Below are positions 8,114-15,941 of a stretch of DNA of 24,491 bases, in pieces (position 1 is the first letter of the stretch; each line of letters starts with the position of its first letter). The stretch is from a virus (Duplodnaviria > Caudoviricetes). The position numbers and the translations under genes are program-made. The notes under the pieces were generated by a model. The model had not been told where the DNA came from, did not search any database, and saw only the letters and a list, made by a program, of their open reading frames with translations. The stretch lies in the IMG/VR virus record IMGVR_UViG_3300038393_002693, positions 1 through 24,491 of that record, one strand, 5' to 3'.

Positions 8114-9325
8114 ATGCAGCTGGTCTGTACACTGTTCGACCCCAACCGCGACGGACGCCCCCTGATGACCGGGGTGCTAGCCAACGGGAAGGTTGACTTT
8201 CACTCCTACTACCTGCCTAAAACGGGCAAGAGCATCTACGAGATCGAGCAGGGCCTTGCCGCTCTCAGCCATCAAGTAGAGGGGGACGTGCTGCTGAACG
8301 ACTACAAGCGGCACCTGATCGGATTTAACTTCAACCCCAGCGGCAGGGTCTACGACGCCCCAATAGAACTACCGCCAGACCCAGACCCTCGTAAAGCGGT
8401 AGCGCGAGGGCTGTTGGAGATGAAGAAGTGCCTGGAGGGTGGCAAGGCCCCAGAATGGATGAGAATAAGGGCGGAAGCGGCTATAGTCTACAAGTACCTG
8501 CAGGACAAGGGAGTGCTGCTCAATTACGAGCACGTGCACCCGCAATGGCACCTTGACGTGTTCTCTGGCCGCTCTCGGGCGGCGGTAGTGGGCGTTCAGG
8601 GGGCTACCCCAGAGGATCTGCTGTGTAACGTCAACGGGGACTCGATCTACATCAACTTCGACTTCGTCTCGGCTGATCTGCGGGCGGCGGCGATCATGAG
8701 CGGGGACCCGGTGCTGGAAGAGAGTTTCTGCTCTGATCCCTACAGCTATCTGGCTGAGATTATTAACCGCGACATTCGACCGGGGCAAGATCCGCTTAGC
8801 CGCGATGAGGCCAAGCTAGGATTATTCCAGCCTTTCTATGCCCTGGACGCCGATAGCGACATCCTGGCAGTTTACCCAACTCTACGGGACTGGATGGCTG
8901 GCTGCAAGGAACAGCTGGAACGGGACAAGTATCTGGTGAGTGCTCTGGGGCGTAAGTTTTATCTCTCGGAACGACGTGACGCAAAGTCGGTCTTCAATGC
9001 TACTCTCCAGGGGACGGTGGCTCACGCCATGCAGGCTTCGATCCGGCGTGTCTGGGACAAATTCCCGGATAATATTCTCTTGGAGAATCATGACTCCCTG
9101 GTGATGACGGCCAAGGATGCTGATCATGCCAAGAGGATTATTAATACTGTGGTACCAATAATGGTGCAGCCTTTCCGTGGCCTGCTGCCTTCCAATCCTA
9201 CTTTCCCAGTGGCGGTGAGCATTGGGGCGGGCTATAAGAAGTGGAAGCAGTATAAGCGGTATGATGCTGCACCGGTGGTGCAGAGCCGGGCGGCGGCCTG
9301 GTTGGCGGGAGGCTCCCATGCCTGA
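8114..9325 (+). CDS. Short family A DNA polymerase-like protein (palm and fingers; thumb apparently deleted)
   Basis: SGRS (cf. TGRLS), motif A DFVSADLR, SGDPVL, motif B RDEAKLGLF...Y, SALGRK, FNATLQGTVAH, motif C ENHDSL; only 403 aa. Confidence 0.88.
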   Translation: MQLVCTLFDPNRDGRPLMTGVLANGKVDFHSYYLPKTGKSIYEIEQGLAALSHQVEGDVLLNDYKRHLIGFNFNPSGRVYDAPIELPPDPDPRKAVARGLLEMKKCLEGGKAPEWMRIRAEAAIVYKYLQDKGVLLNYEHVHPQWHLDVFSGRSRAAVVGVQGATPEDLLCNVNGDSIYINFDFVSADLRAAAIMSGDPVLEESFCSDPYSYLAEIINRDIRPGQDPLSRDEAKLGLFQPFYALDADSDILAVYPTLRDWMAGCKEQLERDKYLVSALGRKFYLSERRDAKSVFNATLQGTVAHAMQASIRRVWDKFPDNILLENHDSLVMTAKDADHAKRIINTVVPIMVQPFRGLLPSNPTFPVAVSIGAGYKKWKQYKRYDAAPVVQSRAAAWLAGGSHA

Positions 9326-9647
9326 GTATCAGGTTGCTAGAGTGGCCTCCTATCGTCTTGGAACTTCTTCCAGGGACAACCTTTATTTTCTCACCCAGCT
9401 GGTAGCCGGTAAGCGTGAGGTGCGTTTCCTGATCACTTTATACAACCATAAGCTTCATCATCAGCTCTATTTGTTGTCTGATGGTGAGGATTATGCTATT
9501 GTTGTGCCGCACTCTAATTATGACCGTAATGGTTCTTGGTGGGCGCGAGCCAATAATGGGCCTGGCCTGGGGCCGTTTGTGACTCAGGAGATGCGGAATG
9601 AGGCCGAGAAGGGCCTTCGTGGTTACTTTGCCAAGGTTGCATTTTAA
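9318..9647 (+). CDS. Hypothetical protein with atypical composition
   Basis: GGAGG SD at 9308-9312 supports ATG 9318 rather than the track start 9222; T-rich, about 49% GC by hand count. Confidence 0.7.
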   Translation: MPEYQVARVASYRLGTSSRDNLYFLTQLVAGKREVRFLITLYNHKLHHQLYLLSDGEDYAIVVPHSNYDRNGSWWARANNGPGLGPFVTQEMRNEAEKGLRGYFAKVAF

Positions 9648-9661
9648 TTTACGGGGCGGCC

Positions 9662-9961
9662 ATGATCAAATATAATGAAAGAAGACGCAAGAAAGCAGAG
9701 AAAGTAAGAAAACGAAGAAGCAAGAAAGCAAGAGAGCAAAGAAAGTACGAAACTGAGAAAGCAAGAAAGAAAGCCTTAGAAGAGCCCACCCCAATTCTCC
9801 CAGCCAACAACACGCTTGACACTCCATCGGCAGGGTCCGGCGTGGGCTTCAACCTCGCAGCTTTCAACGGCCCTCAGCAAGTATTGGAACAACAGCCTAA
9901 GCCTTCTGCTGCGCCGCCCGTTCAGGGCTTTAATCGCGCGGCATGGGGTTTGAAGGATTGA
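9662..9961 (+). CDS. Lys/Arg-rich hypothetical protein
   Basis: 99 aa ORF filling the gap; N-terminal half is encoded by a purine-rich repeat. Confidence 0.6.
   Translation: MIKYNERRRKKAEKVRKRRSKKAREQRKYETEKARKKALEEPTPILPANNTLDTPSAGSGVGFNLAAFNGPQQVLEQQPKPSAAPPVQGFNRAAWGLKD
9690..9763 (+). repeat. AGAAAG(C/T)A array in a purine-rich tract
   Basis: AGAAAGCA at 9690, 9723 and 9756 (33-nt spacing); AGAAAGTA at 9699 and 9740; AGAGAGCA at 9731. Confidence 0.7.
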
Positions 9962-9964
9962 ACG

Positions 9965-10462
9965 ATGGCCGAGCGTAAGATTCCCAAGTGGTTTACGACC
10001 TACATCCCGCAGGAAGTGCAGGATGGGACTTTGTTTCGCTTTGAAGTCAAGGTCGCTGGGCAGAAGTTCAGCGTCGATCTTCGGGCGGACCTGGACGTGG
10101 ACTATACGGCTGTTGAGGAGCAGCTGGAGGACACGCCAGCAATTTTCTCTTACTGGTCCACGATATATGCCGAGCTGAAGAGCCAGACCGCGATCATGGA
10201 ACGCAGGATCAAGGCTCGGCGTGGTCTGTTGGCCAGTGAGCTGTTGAAGGAGGTGACGAAGGCAGGGGGCAAAGTGACTGACAAGCAGATGAACACAGTG
10301 ATCGAAGGGGACGAGGAACTGAATCGGATGGAGACAGCTCTGATCGTACTTGAGAAGCACACGGGCAAGATGTATTTCATGCTCCAGGCCATTCAGATGA
10401 AGGCCGAAAACCTCAGGTCACTTTCAGGCTTCGCCAAGATTGACAGGCAGCAAACCAGGTAA
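9965..10462 (+). CDS. UvsY-like recombination mediator
   Basis: Helical protein with DLDVD...P.IFSYW, KVTDKQMNTVIEGDEEL and LQAIQMKAENLRSL, following the T4 UvsY pattern; directly upstream of the SSB. Confidence 0.72.
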   Translation: MAERKIPKWFTTYIPQEVQDGTLFRFEVKVAGQKFSVDLRADLDVDYTAVEEQLEDTPAIFSYWSTIYAELKSQTAIMERRIKARRGLLASELLKEVTKAGGKVTDKQMNTVIEGDEELNRMETALIVLEKHTGKMYFMLQAIQMKAENLRSLSGFAKIDRQQTR

Positions 10463-10464
10463 GT

Positions 10465-10505
10465 CAAGCAAGCCAGAAAGCAAGAAAGCATAAGGAGAAA
10501 GCATC
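10465..10505 (+). promoter_or_regulatory. Unstructured A-rich repeated leader with SD upstream of the SSB gene
   Basis: AGAAAGCA at 10475, 10483 and 10496 surrounding TAAGGAG; almost no T. Confidence 0.55.
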
Positions 10506-11561
10506 ATGGCATACGATCTCGACAAAATCCGCGCGAAGATGAAGGAAAAGGGCCGTGGCCACTTCCAGGACCCGGACGAATTCCGTCCGCCCTCGGCCAA
10601 GCCCGGTGAGAAGATCACCTACCGCTTCTTCATCCTGCCGCCCCTCTCCAAGGGCGAGAAGTGTGCGGGCGGCGTGGCCAGCCAGGACATGGACCTGTAC
10701 TACGTCCAGAACGGCAACCACTGGGTGCAGAAGAAGCCCTATCCCTGCCCCCGCGTTCACGACGGCGAGGAGTGCGACGTCTGCAACATCGGCTTCGAGC
10801 GGATGAACGAGACCCAGGACAAGAAGGAGAAGTCGACAATCGCCCGCAACTACCTTCCCCAGGTCCGCAACGCGATGAACATCTATTTCCTCAGCAGCGA
10901 TAGCAATCCGGAAGAGCTGCGCGGGAAGAACAAGTGGTTCAACGCACCCAAGCAGGTGATCGACATCTGTGACGCCTGCCTCAACCGCGACGACGCTGGC
11001 GACCCCGAAGACCCCCAGGCGTATGGCGTGTTCTTCAACGAGCAGGCGGCCTACGTCTTCCAGCTGGAGATCACCAAGCAGGGCGACTACAACGAGTACA
11101 AGGCGTCCAAGTTCCTGGCTTCGGTTGGCCCTACCCCCATCGCCGCCAAAAAGGAAGGCAACCAGCGGGTCCCGCTCACCGAGAAGATCCAGGAGATCCT
11201 CAACGGCCGCTTCGACCTCTACACCAAGTTCGACCCCCGCGACAAGAAGAAGATCGCGGAGCTGGCCCAGAAGCTGCTGGCTGGCAACAGCAGCGAACAG
11301 GGCAACGGCTTCGACCAGGACGAGAATCGTGGCGGGAAGGGCAGCAACGCCCAGACCGTCAGCGAGGATTCCCTGGACACGGTGGCGGGCGAGGGTGCAG
11401 CCCCCGCTGGCAAGGCCCCGGCTCCCAAGGCGGCCAAGCCTGCCGCCGCCGCTTCCAAGCCCGCAGCTCCCGTCGCCGCCCCGGTTGTGGACGTGGACGG
11501 CGGGGATGGAGACGACATCGAGAACCTCCTGAATTCGATCAAGGAAGACGACGCGGGCTGA
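10506..11561 (+). CDS. Single-stranded DNA-binding protein, T4 gp32-like
   Basis: RFFILPP, HW...CP...CDVC zinc site, ITKQGDYNEYKASKF, Ala/Pro linker, acidic tail DDIENLLNSIKEDDAG; very strong codon bias. Confidence 0.88.
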   Translation: MAYDLDKIRAKMKEKGRGHFQDPDEFRPPSAKPGEKITYRFFILPPLSKGEKCAGGVASQDMDLYYVQNGNHWVQKKPYPCPRVHDGEECDVCNIGFERMNETQDKKEKSTIARNYLPQVRNAMNIYFLSSDSNPEELRGKNKWFNAPKQVIDICDACLNRDDAGDPEDPQAYGVFFNEQAAYVFQLEITKQGDYNEYKASKFLASVGPTPIAAKKEGNQRVPLTEKIQEILNGRFDLYTKFDPRDKKKIAELAQKLLAGNSSEQGNGFDQDENRGGKGSNAQTVSEDSLDTVAGEGAAPAGKAPAPKAAKPAAAASKPAAPVAAPVVDVDGGDGDDIENLLNSIKEDDAG

Positions 11562-11624
11562 TTTCTGTTCGGAAGACCACCCATGCCAGCACCGTGTAGC
11601 AGCGGCTTGCATGGGGCCTTTAAA

Positions 11625-11658
11625 CGGGAGGCCAGAGCAATCTGGCCTCCCGCTTTTG
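11625..11658 (+). terminator. Intrinsic terminator after the SSB gene
   Basis: CGGGAGGCCAGA-GCAA-TCTGGCCTCCCG perfect 12-bp stem with GNRA loop, then CTTTTG. Confidence 0.88.
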
Positions 11659-11671
11659 TATTCGAGGAAAT

Positions 11672-12571
11672 ATGAGCACTCCCCAGGGACCAGTATTGCT
11701 AATCGACGGTAGGAACACTTCATACCGCTCGGTGTTCGGCTCCCGCAAGAATCCGTCTCTAGAACTAGTTCATCCATTTACCAGTTGGATGCACTTCGCC
11801 CAGGAATGGATCAATAAATTCCGCCCCAGCCAGGTCATAATCGCCTGGGACTGCAGCAAAGACAGCGTATGGCGTAAGAAGCTGCACCCGGGTTATAAAG
11901 AGGGTAGAAAAGGCGAGGATATCAAAGAAGCCCTGGATAAGATCTGTACGGCTGGGAAAGCCATCCTGCCCTACCTCAACGTACACACCCTCTGCCGCGA
12001 ACACCAGGAGGCGGACGACCTGATCTATGCCGCCGCCAAGGCCCTCATCCCCCGCCCGATCATCATCATCTCCGGGGATACCGACATGCTGCAAATCCCC
12101 TGGAGCATGCCTAATTGCCGATGCTACGATCCGCAGAGGAAAGATTTCCTGGATCTTCCTGACACCAGCCCTGTAGTAGTTAAAGCCCTGGCCGGGGATG
12201 ATACGGATAATATTGATGGTTATCGTGGGATTGGGGAGCAGAAAGGGCGTGGTCTGGCCCGCAATCCTGCCGAGCTGCGAAAGTTCCTGCGAGTCTGTGG
12301 GGACAAGATCTTCAAGCTCAATCTGGCCCTGGTGGACATCTCACTCAATCCCGCCAGCTTGAATAATCAGATGCACGTTCTGGAAGCCCTGGCGGCCCCG
12401 GTGAGCTTCGACAAAGCCAAGGTCATGGCCCTGGCCACCGAGCATAAGGTGACGGGCCTGATGGCCCGCTTCAGCGAGATTGTCTTGCCCTTCAAGAAGA
12501 TTATTCCACCGTCCGTGGAAGAGATTGAGGTGGCGGAATCGGAAGTTGTCGAAGCCCAGTCTATCGGATAA
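11672..12571 (+). CDS. 5'-3' exonuclease / flap endonuclease (T4 RNase H, PolI N-terminal type)
   Basis: LLIDGRN..YR, AWD, WRK...GYKEGR, EADDLI, ISGDTDMLQ, LAGDDTDNIDG..GIG (H3TH); GAGG SD. Confidence 0.93.
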   Translation: MSTPQGPVLLIDGRNTSYRSVFGSRKNPSLELVHPFTSWMHFAQEWINKFRPSQVIIAWDCSKDSVWRKKLHPGYKEGRKGEDIKEALDKICTAGKAILPYLNVHTLCREHQEADDLIYAAAKALIPRPIIIISGDTDMLQIPWSMPNCRCYDPQRKDFLDLPDTSPVVVKALAGDDTDNIDGYRGIGEQKGRGLARNPAELRKFLRVCGDKIFKLNLALVDISLNPASLNNQMHVLEALAAPVSFDKAKVMALATEHKVTGLMARFSEIVLPFKKIIPPSVEEIEVAESEVVEAQSIG

Positions 12572-12574
12572 ATA
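12568..12574 (+). promoter_or_regulatory. RTAAATA promoter-like motif
   Basis: ATAAATA overlapping the upstream stop, 5 nt before ATG 12580; same spacing as at 5970. Confidence 0.55.
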
Positions 12575-12579
12575 GTAGT

Positions 12580-13536
12580 ATGATTATTAAGGTCTACCGC
12601 GAAGACAAGGTGGAATGCCCAGAGTGTGACTACATCAAGGACTGGAGCATCAAGAGTGCTCCCACCGGGGTTCCTTATACAAGTGCCAATCAAGAGATCC
12701 GCTTCCGTATTCACGCCAAGGCCAAACAGATTCCCCAAGTGGCCAAGGCCCTCCATGACATTGCCGGGGAACGGGGCGAGATCACTTACCAGGACAAGCC
12801 GATCCCTAGCGGTCTCCCCGCCATTGCTGCCTTTCTAAAGCAAGCCTTCAAGGAACGCAAGGAGAAGTTCTCCAAGGTAGGCAAGCGAGTGGGAGCCAAG
12901 GGGAAGAGCCACGAGCGGCGGGTGGCCCAGGAACTGCGTGAATGGACTGGGGACAAGGAGATCCAGCGGACCCCCAACAGCGGCGGCTTCAATAAGTCCT
13001 CCAAGACCACGGTGGGGGAGAGGGAATTCGCTTCCGATATCATGGCCAAGCGGGTCCTGGCCTTTACCGTGGAGGCCAAGAGCCAGGTCGGATTCAACCT
13101 GGACGCGGTATTGGCCCAGCAGGATGGTAATGCCTTCACCTCCTGGTGGTTTCAGGCCAATTACGACGCCGGGCGGGTGGGCAAATTGCCTTTCCTGTGG
13201 TTCAAGCCCCATCCTAACTTCGATTGGGTTGCTCTGACTTATGAAGGGTGCGTCAGACTCGGTTTGATTGACCTTAAAATCCCATATATTTATGTCAACG
13301 CTTACGGCCGGGAGGTGGTCTGCGAGATTTCCCTGGCCCAGGGTGGGCGGTCCAAGCATCATATGCTGCTGCCTAACGCCTATCTCTTCCGATGGAAAGA
13401 TATAAAGAAGTACGCCAATCCGGATCAATTTTTCGAGGGAGAGTCAGATGGGCTGCAGCACATGCGGGAACAGGTCGGGCAAGGAAGTACGTCGGGTCCC
13501 GATGATCAACCGGGTGCAGAAAAGCACTCCGCCTAA
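12580..13536 (+). CDS. Holliday junction resolvase-like PD-(D/E)xK nuclease with N-terminal extension
   Basis: KGKSHERRVAQEL, RTPNSGG, SDI, FTVEAK, WWFQA..DA, as in Hjc-like phage resolvases. Confidence 0.82.
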   Translation: MIIKVYREDKVECPECDYIKDWSIKSAPTGVPYTSANQEIRFRIHAKAKQIPQVAKALHDIAGERGEITYQDKPIPSGLPAIAAFLKQAFKERKEKFSKVGKRVGAKGKSHERRVAQELREWTGDKEIQRTPNSGGFNKSSKTTVGEREFASDIMAKRVLAFTVEAKSQVGFNLDAVLAQQDGNAFTSWWFQANYDAGRVGKLPFLWFKPHPNFDWVALTYEGCVRLGLIDLKIPYIYVNAYGREVVCEISLAQGGRSKHHMLLPNAYLFRWKDIKKYANPDQFFEGESDGLQHMREQVGQGSTSGPDDQPGAEKHSA

Positions 13537-13753
13537 GCCACGGCGTGTCAATACTACTGGCCTCCCCTCTCCGCTCCTGGAGGCACCTGAGCAGCCAGCC
13601 ACTCGTTCTGCTCCACTCAACGTTCAGGGGGTTGCCAAGGCCGAGATTTGTCCGCAGTGCAACTCGATGCTTCGCAGAGTATCTAGAAGGTTGAACGGCA
13701 AGCAGAGCGAGATTCTGCAATGCATTAGTTGCACCTTCTATCGGAAACTATGA
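13448..13753 (+). CDS. Cys-rich zinc-binding protein
   Basis: MGCSTCG...CPQC...CISC; GAGGGAGAG SD; stop forms an ATGA overlap with the next gene. Confidence 0.7.
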   Translation: MGCSTCGNRSGKEVRRVPMINRVQKSTPPKPRRVNTTGLPSPLLEAPEQPATRSAPLNVQGVAKAEICPQCNSMLRRVSRRLNGKQSEILQCISCTFYRKL

Positions 13754-14187
13754 AACTCGATCCCGGACCCAACGCTGATTTGTTTGAACGCCGTAGTCAA
13801 GTCAAGGTTGAAGTCGTGCAGGTTCATTCCCTGCACGACATTCGCCGGGTAGTCTCGGGCCTCCTAGCTCCCGTGACCGCCCCTCCGGTTCAGACTACCA
13901 TGAATGCCCTGGACCCTCAGGGTAATACCGTGCAAGTCAAGCTGTCGGCTCCCACCGACTGCGACTATGTAGCGTTGCTCAAGAAGGGATTCGACACCCT
14001 CAAGGCTCGCCATGAGGCCAGGGCTGCCAACCCACGCCTGGTCATGGTTGATGGCCACATGTGGCTGGATGACCTGATCCAGCGCCGCCTGGGGGGTAAG
14101 CGTGACGGGCTACGAATCCGCTGGGACGTGCCGGAGGGCACCTTCTATTTCGACCCCTTCAGTCAGAAACTGACCAAGGCTTCGTGA
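13750..14187 (+). CDS. Hypothetical protein
   Basis: ATGA coupling at 13750 (preferred over track start 13729) and GTGA coupling at its end. Confidence 0.75.
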   Translation: MKLDPGPNADLFERRSQVKVEVVQVHSLHDIRRVVSGLLAPVTAPPVQTTMNALDPQGNTVQVKLSAPTDCDYVALLKKGFDTLKARHEARAANPRLVMVDGHMWLDDLIQRRLGGKRDGLRIRWDVPEGTFYFDPFSQKLTKAS

Positions 14188-14537
14188 GCATGACCCAGAT
14201 TGCCACCAACCTCAGCAGGCTGAAGAAGCCCGATGCGGTGTTGATCCAATATTTTGATATTGGAAAATGGCGGCCGTCTGTGGGCGACGTCATCATGAAG
14301 CACGGGAAATTTTTCCAGCGGGTCAAGTGGTTCGGGGTGGTTAACCACATCGATCAGGACGGAAAAGTCTTCATCATCAAGGACGGGCTGATCAGCCTAC
14401 TGGTGACGCAAAATGGCCAAGAGCAAAGCAAAAACACAATCTGCCTCAACCACAGCGAAATCGTCGGGGCAGTCAAGGGCTCCTACAGTATCGTCAAGCA
14501 AGAAGCAGGCTCCGCCGCCCCAATCTGGTATCTCTAG
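14184..14537 (+). CDS. Hypothetical protein
   Basis: GTGA overlap start (alternative ATG 14190); beta-rich 117 aa. Confidence 0.72.
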   Translation: MSMTQIATNLSRLKKPDAVLIQYFDIGKWRPSVGDVIMKHGKFFQRVKWFGVVNHIDQDGKVFIIKDGLISLLVTQNGQEQSKNTICLNHSEIVGAVKGSYSIVKQEAGSAAPIWYL

Positions 14538-15072
14538 GATTGAACCCTTCGCGGTGCCACAGCTGCTCCGCTACCCCACAACGCCTATCCTGGATAAGCA
14601 ATCACCACTGGCCGGATTGTTCTGCTACATTATTGCCCCCTATTCCCCAGGGGTTGCAATAGTAATTCGCAGGGAGAAAGGGAATGTCGGCATCCGGCTC
14701 GGCGACTGGTACGGACAGGAATTATCCGAAGCTCGGCGAGCTGAAGAGACTGCGAAATTGGTCAAGCCCCTGAGCGTGCTCACCGGCATCTTGCAGACTA
14801 TCGGCCTGGCCCAGGCACAGTTCTTCTTCGCCCAGGATGGCAGGCTGGTAGACATGCAGACCTCCCTCAATAAGATGGTGGGTCCTGGTATGCTCCGCGA
14901 CCTGTTCTCCAATACCCTGCCGGTCCAGCAAGTCCTGGAGATCAATCACTTGACTCCTGAGAAGATCGACGCACTTTATGCCACGGACTTGACCAACGGC
15001 GCAGTAATCAAGCCCGCCCGCCCCCGCTGTACCGATGGCGGCGTGCTAATGTATGCTCGGGTGATCAGATGA
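14413..15072 (+). CDS. Hypothetical protein, possibly a degenerate ATP-dependent ligase (nucleotidyltransferase) fold
   Basis: RYPTTPIL, LVDM and NGAVIKP fall in ligase-like order, but there is no KxDG. Start is uncertain (alternative GTG 14554). Confidence 0.55.
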   Translation: MAKSKAKTQSASTTAKSSGQSRAPTVSSSKKQAPPPQSGISRIEPFAVPQLLRYPTTPILDKQSPLAGLFCYIIAPYSPGVAIVIRREKGNVGIRLGDWYGQELSEARRAEETAKLVKPLSVLTGILQTIGLAQAQFFFAQDGRLVDMQTSLNKMVGPGMLRDLFSNTLPVQQVLEINHLTPEKIDALYATDLTNGAVIKPARPRCTDGGVLMYARVIR

Positions 15073-15941
15073 CTCATCTGGACTTCGCCACCACTGCCGT
15101 CTGCCGACCCCAGATCCTTGACCGCACCTATAGCTCATTCCTGGGGCAACTAAAGGGGGACTGGCGTCCCGGCACACTCTACATCAACATCGATCCGCTT
15201 CCAGAGAAAGCCGACCCCACCGCCACCATCGAGGTAGCCAGGAAGCATTTCCCGCAAGTCTTAGTTAATACTCCTGCCAGGTCATCGTTCCCGTCCGCCG
15301 TCAAATGGTGCTGGGGCCAGCCGCAGACCGATTACTTTTTCTACTTGGAAGATGATTGGGATCTCACCCAGGAGGTCCAGGTAGACAAACTATTGGAATT
15401 GTTGCGACAGAACGAGAAATTGGCCTGCATCAATCTGCGAGCTTATCCGATTCGCGATGAACGCATTTGCCTGTCTCCGGGCTTATGGCGTTCCAGTGCC
15501 GCCCGCGTTCTGGCGGAGCGTCTGACTTTGGATGCCAATCCGGAGAAGCAACTTCGCCCTACTAGCCCTACCAACCCTATTGGGGACCGCCACCTGGGCT
15601 TCCTGGGCCGCCAGTTCCCCGACGATTATAGGGCCAAGATGATTCGGGATAGTGGGCGGGAATGGCTCGCGACCCAGTCGGAGTATGAGAAGGATGGGGG
15701 AATCCATTTCACAACCTGGAAGCCCCGCGATCCGGTGGTGACACGACCGGGCAAGGCTATCACCAAGCCACATACCCCTCCGGTAGCTCATTTTCCCCGC
15801 CCGCCTCAGATTCCGGTCCAGACTCGCCGCCAACCCCAGCTGGCTACTCGCAAATCTGCTGCCCCGCCTTCGAGCGTTATTCCCGTAAAGAACGTAATCA
15901 AGCTGATCGCCAAACCCCTGAGCCCCAGGAGGCCCAAGTGA
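15069..15941 (+). CDS. GT-A fold glycosyltransferase with Pro/Lys-rich tail
   Basis: TTAVCRPQILDRTYSSF, YINID, DYFFYLEDDW (acidic metal-binding motif); ATGA overlap. Confidence 0.78.
   Translation: MTHLDFATTAVCRPQILDRTYSSFLGQLKGDWRPGTLYINIDPLPEKADPTATIEVARKHFPQVLVNTPARSSFPSAVKWCWGQPQTDYFFYLEDDWDLTQEVQVDKLLELLRQNEKLACINLRAYPIRDERICLSPGLWRSSAARVLAERLTLDANPEKQLRPTSPTNPIGDRHLGFLGRQFPDDYRAKMIRDSGREWLATQSEYEKDGGIHFTTWKPRDPVVTRPGKAITKPHTPPVAHFPRPPQIPVQTRRQPQLATRKSAAPPSSVIPVKNVIKLIAKPLSPRRPK

Noticed and set aside
11562-11671. tRNA in the intergenic gap
   Set aside because: No cloverleaf with a properly placed T-loop and acceptor stem; only two hairpins.
10464-11777. 437-aa minus-strand ORF
   Set aside because: Antisense shadow of the strongly codon-biased SSB gene; it crosses the terminator and has no motif.
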